DNA of 64,000 bases, from NCBI GenBank assembly GCA_963804165.1, contig CAWDPO010000030.1, positions 1 to 64,000 on the forward strand, written 5' to 3'. The DNA comes from an uncultured delta proteobacterium (lineage in GTDB: Bacteria; Desulfobacterota; Binatia; UBA9968). Shown here one piece after another: positions 63,725 to 64,000 of this stretch. The notes beneath the pieces are model-generated. The model searched no databases and was not told where the DNA came from. It saw only the letters and a list, made by a program, of their open reading frames with translations. Positions within the stretch are counted from its first letter, which is position 1. Every line of letters starts with the position of its first letter. The position numbers and the translations under genes were made by a program.

Positions 63725-64000
63725 TACATTCCCATAATATTGTATCCGGCATCGACATGCAGCACTTCGCCGGTGACGGCGCTGCCCCAGTCACTGCAAA
63801 GATAGAGCGCGGTTTTGCCGACTTCCTCCGCGTCGATGTTGCGTTTGAGCGGCGCGCGCTCGGCGACGTGATGCAGCATGGATTTAAAATCCGAGATTCC
63901 CGCGGCTGCTAGAGTTCGAAGCGGTCCCGCCGAGATGGCGTTGACGCGAATCCCTTTCGGACCGAGATCGTGCGCCAGGTAGCGCACGCTCGCCTCCAGT
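63724..64000 (-). CDS. fabI: Enoyl-ACP reductase, 3' part
   Basis: VRYLAHDLGPKGIRVNAISAGPLRTLAA, TGEVLHVDAGY. Confidence 0.92.
   Translation of the reverse strand, partial: LEASVRYLAHDLGPKGIRVNAISAGPLRTLAAAGISDFKSMLHHVAERAPLKRNIDAEEVGKTALYLCSDWGSAVTGEVLHVDAGYNIMGM

Overview
The window looks like uncorrected long-read (nanopore-type) sequence, with adapter-like remnants at 4-52 and many single-base indels that split genes. It most likely joins two different genomes at about 33,105-33,113. Left part (1-33.1 kb; very GC-rich; Acidobacteriota/Vicinamibacterales-like gene content): serine hydrolase, PQQ-like beta-propeller, two ADOP/MacB-type permeases (one with PadR), Ser/Thr kinase-TPR, FKBP-TPR, VWA protein, GIY-YIG nuclease next to tRNA-Glu(CTC), M23 peptidase, heme A/O synthesis genes, GGDEF, serine hydrolase-NamZ fusion, sulfatase-like-TPR, NIDO-like protein, TonB-dependent receptor, CsoR and a truncated 3-hydroxyacyl-CoA dehydrogenase. 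Right part (33.1-64 kb; lower GC; Binatia/Deltaproteobacteria-like): truncated TolC, cyclase, a three-subunit xanthine-dehydrogenase-family enzyme, two UbiD decarboxylases, an LLM oxidoreductase, NitT/TauT ABC and TRAP transporters, DUF1989, an uncharacterised Fe-S/Cys-rich gene pair with a class V aminotransferase, many REP-like and short tandem-inverted repeats, then MBL hydrolase, rhodanese and fabI. The most interesting part is a low-GC island at about 57.85-62.2 kb. It carries a three-gene unit (Zn-finger 'HF...DWWxIGGxW...DCH' protein, Nmad2-like, Nmad3-like) that is a candidate nucleotide-modification or anti-phage system. It also carries a Y1/HUH transposase bounded by perfect 27-bp terminal inverted repeats and a truncated AbiGi-like gene. 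Other highlights are a shared 17-bp ACTTT-N7-AAAG(T/A) operator-like box at three promoters and repeat elements translated in frame inside proteins. Family assignments come from motif recognition, not database searches, and taxonomy is inferred.
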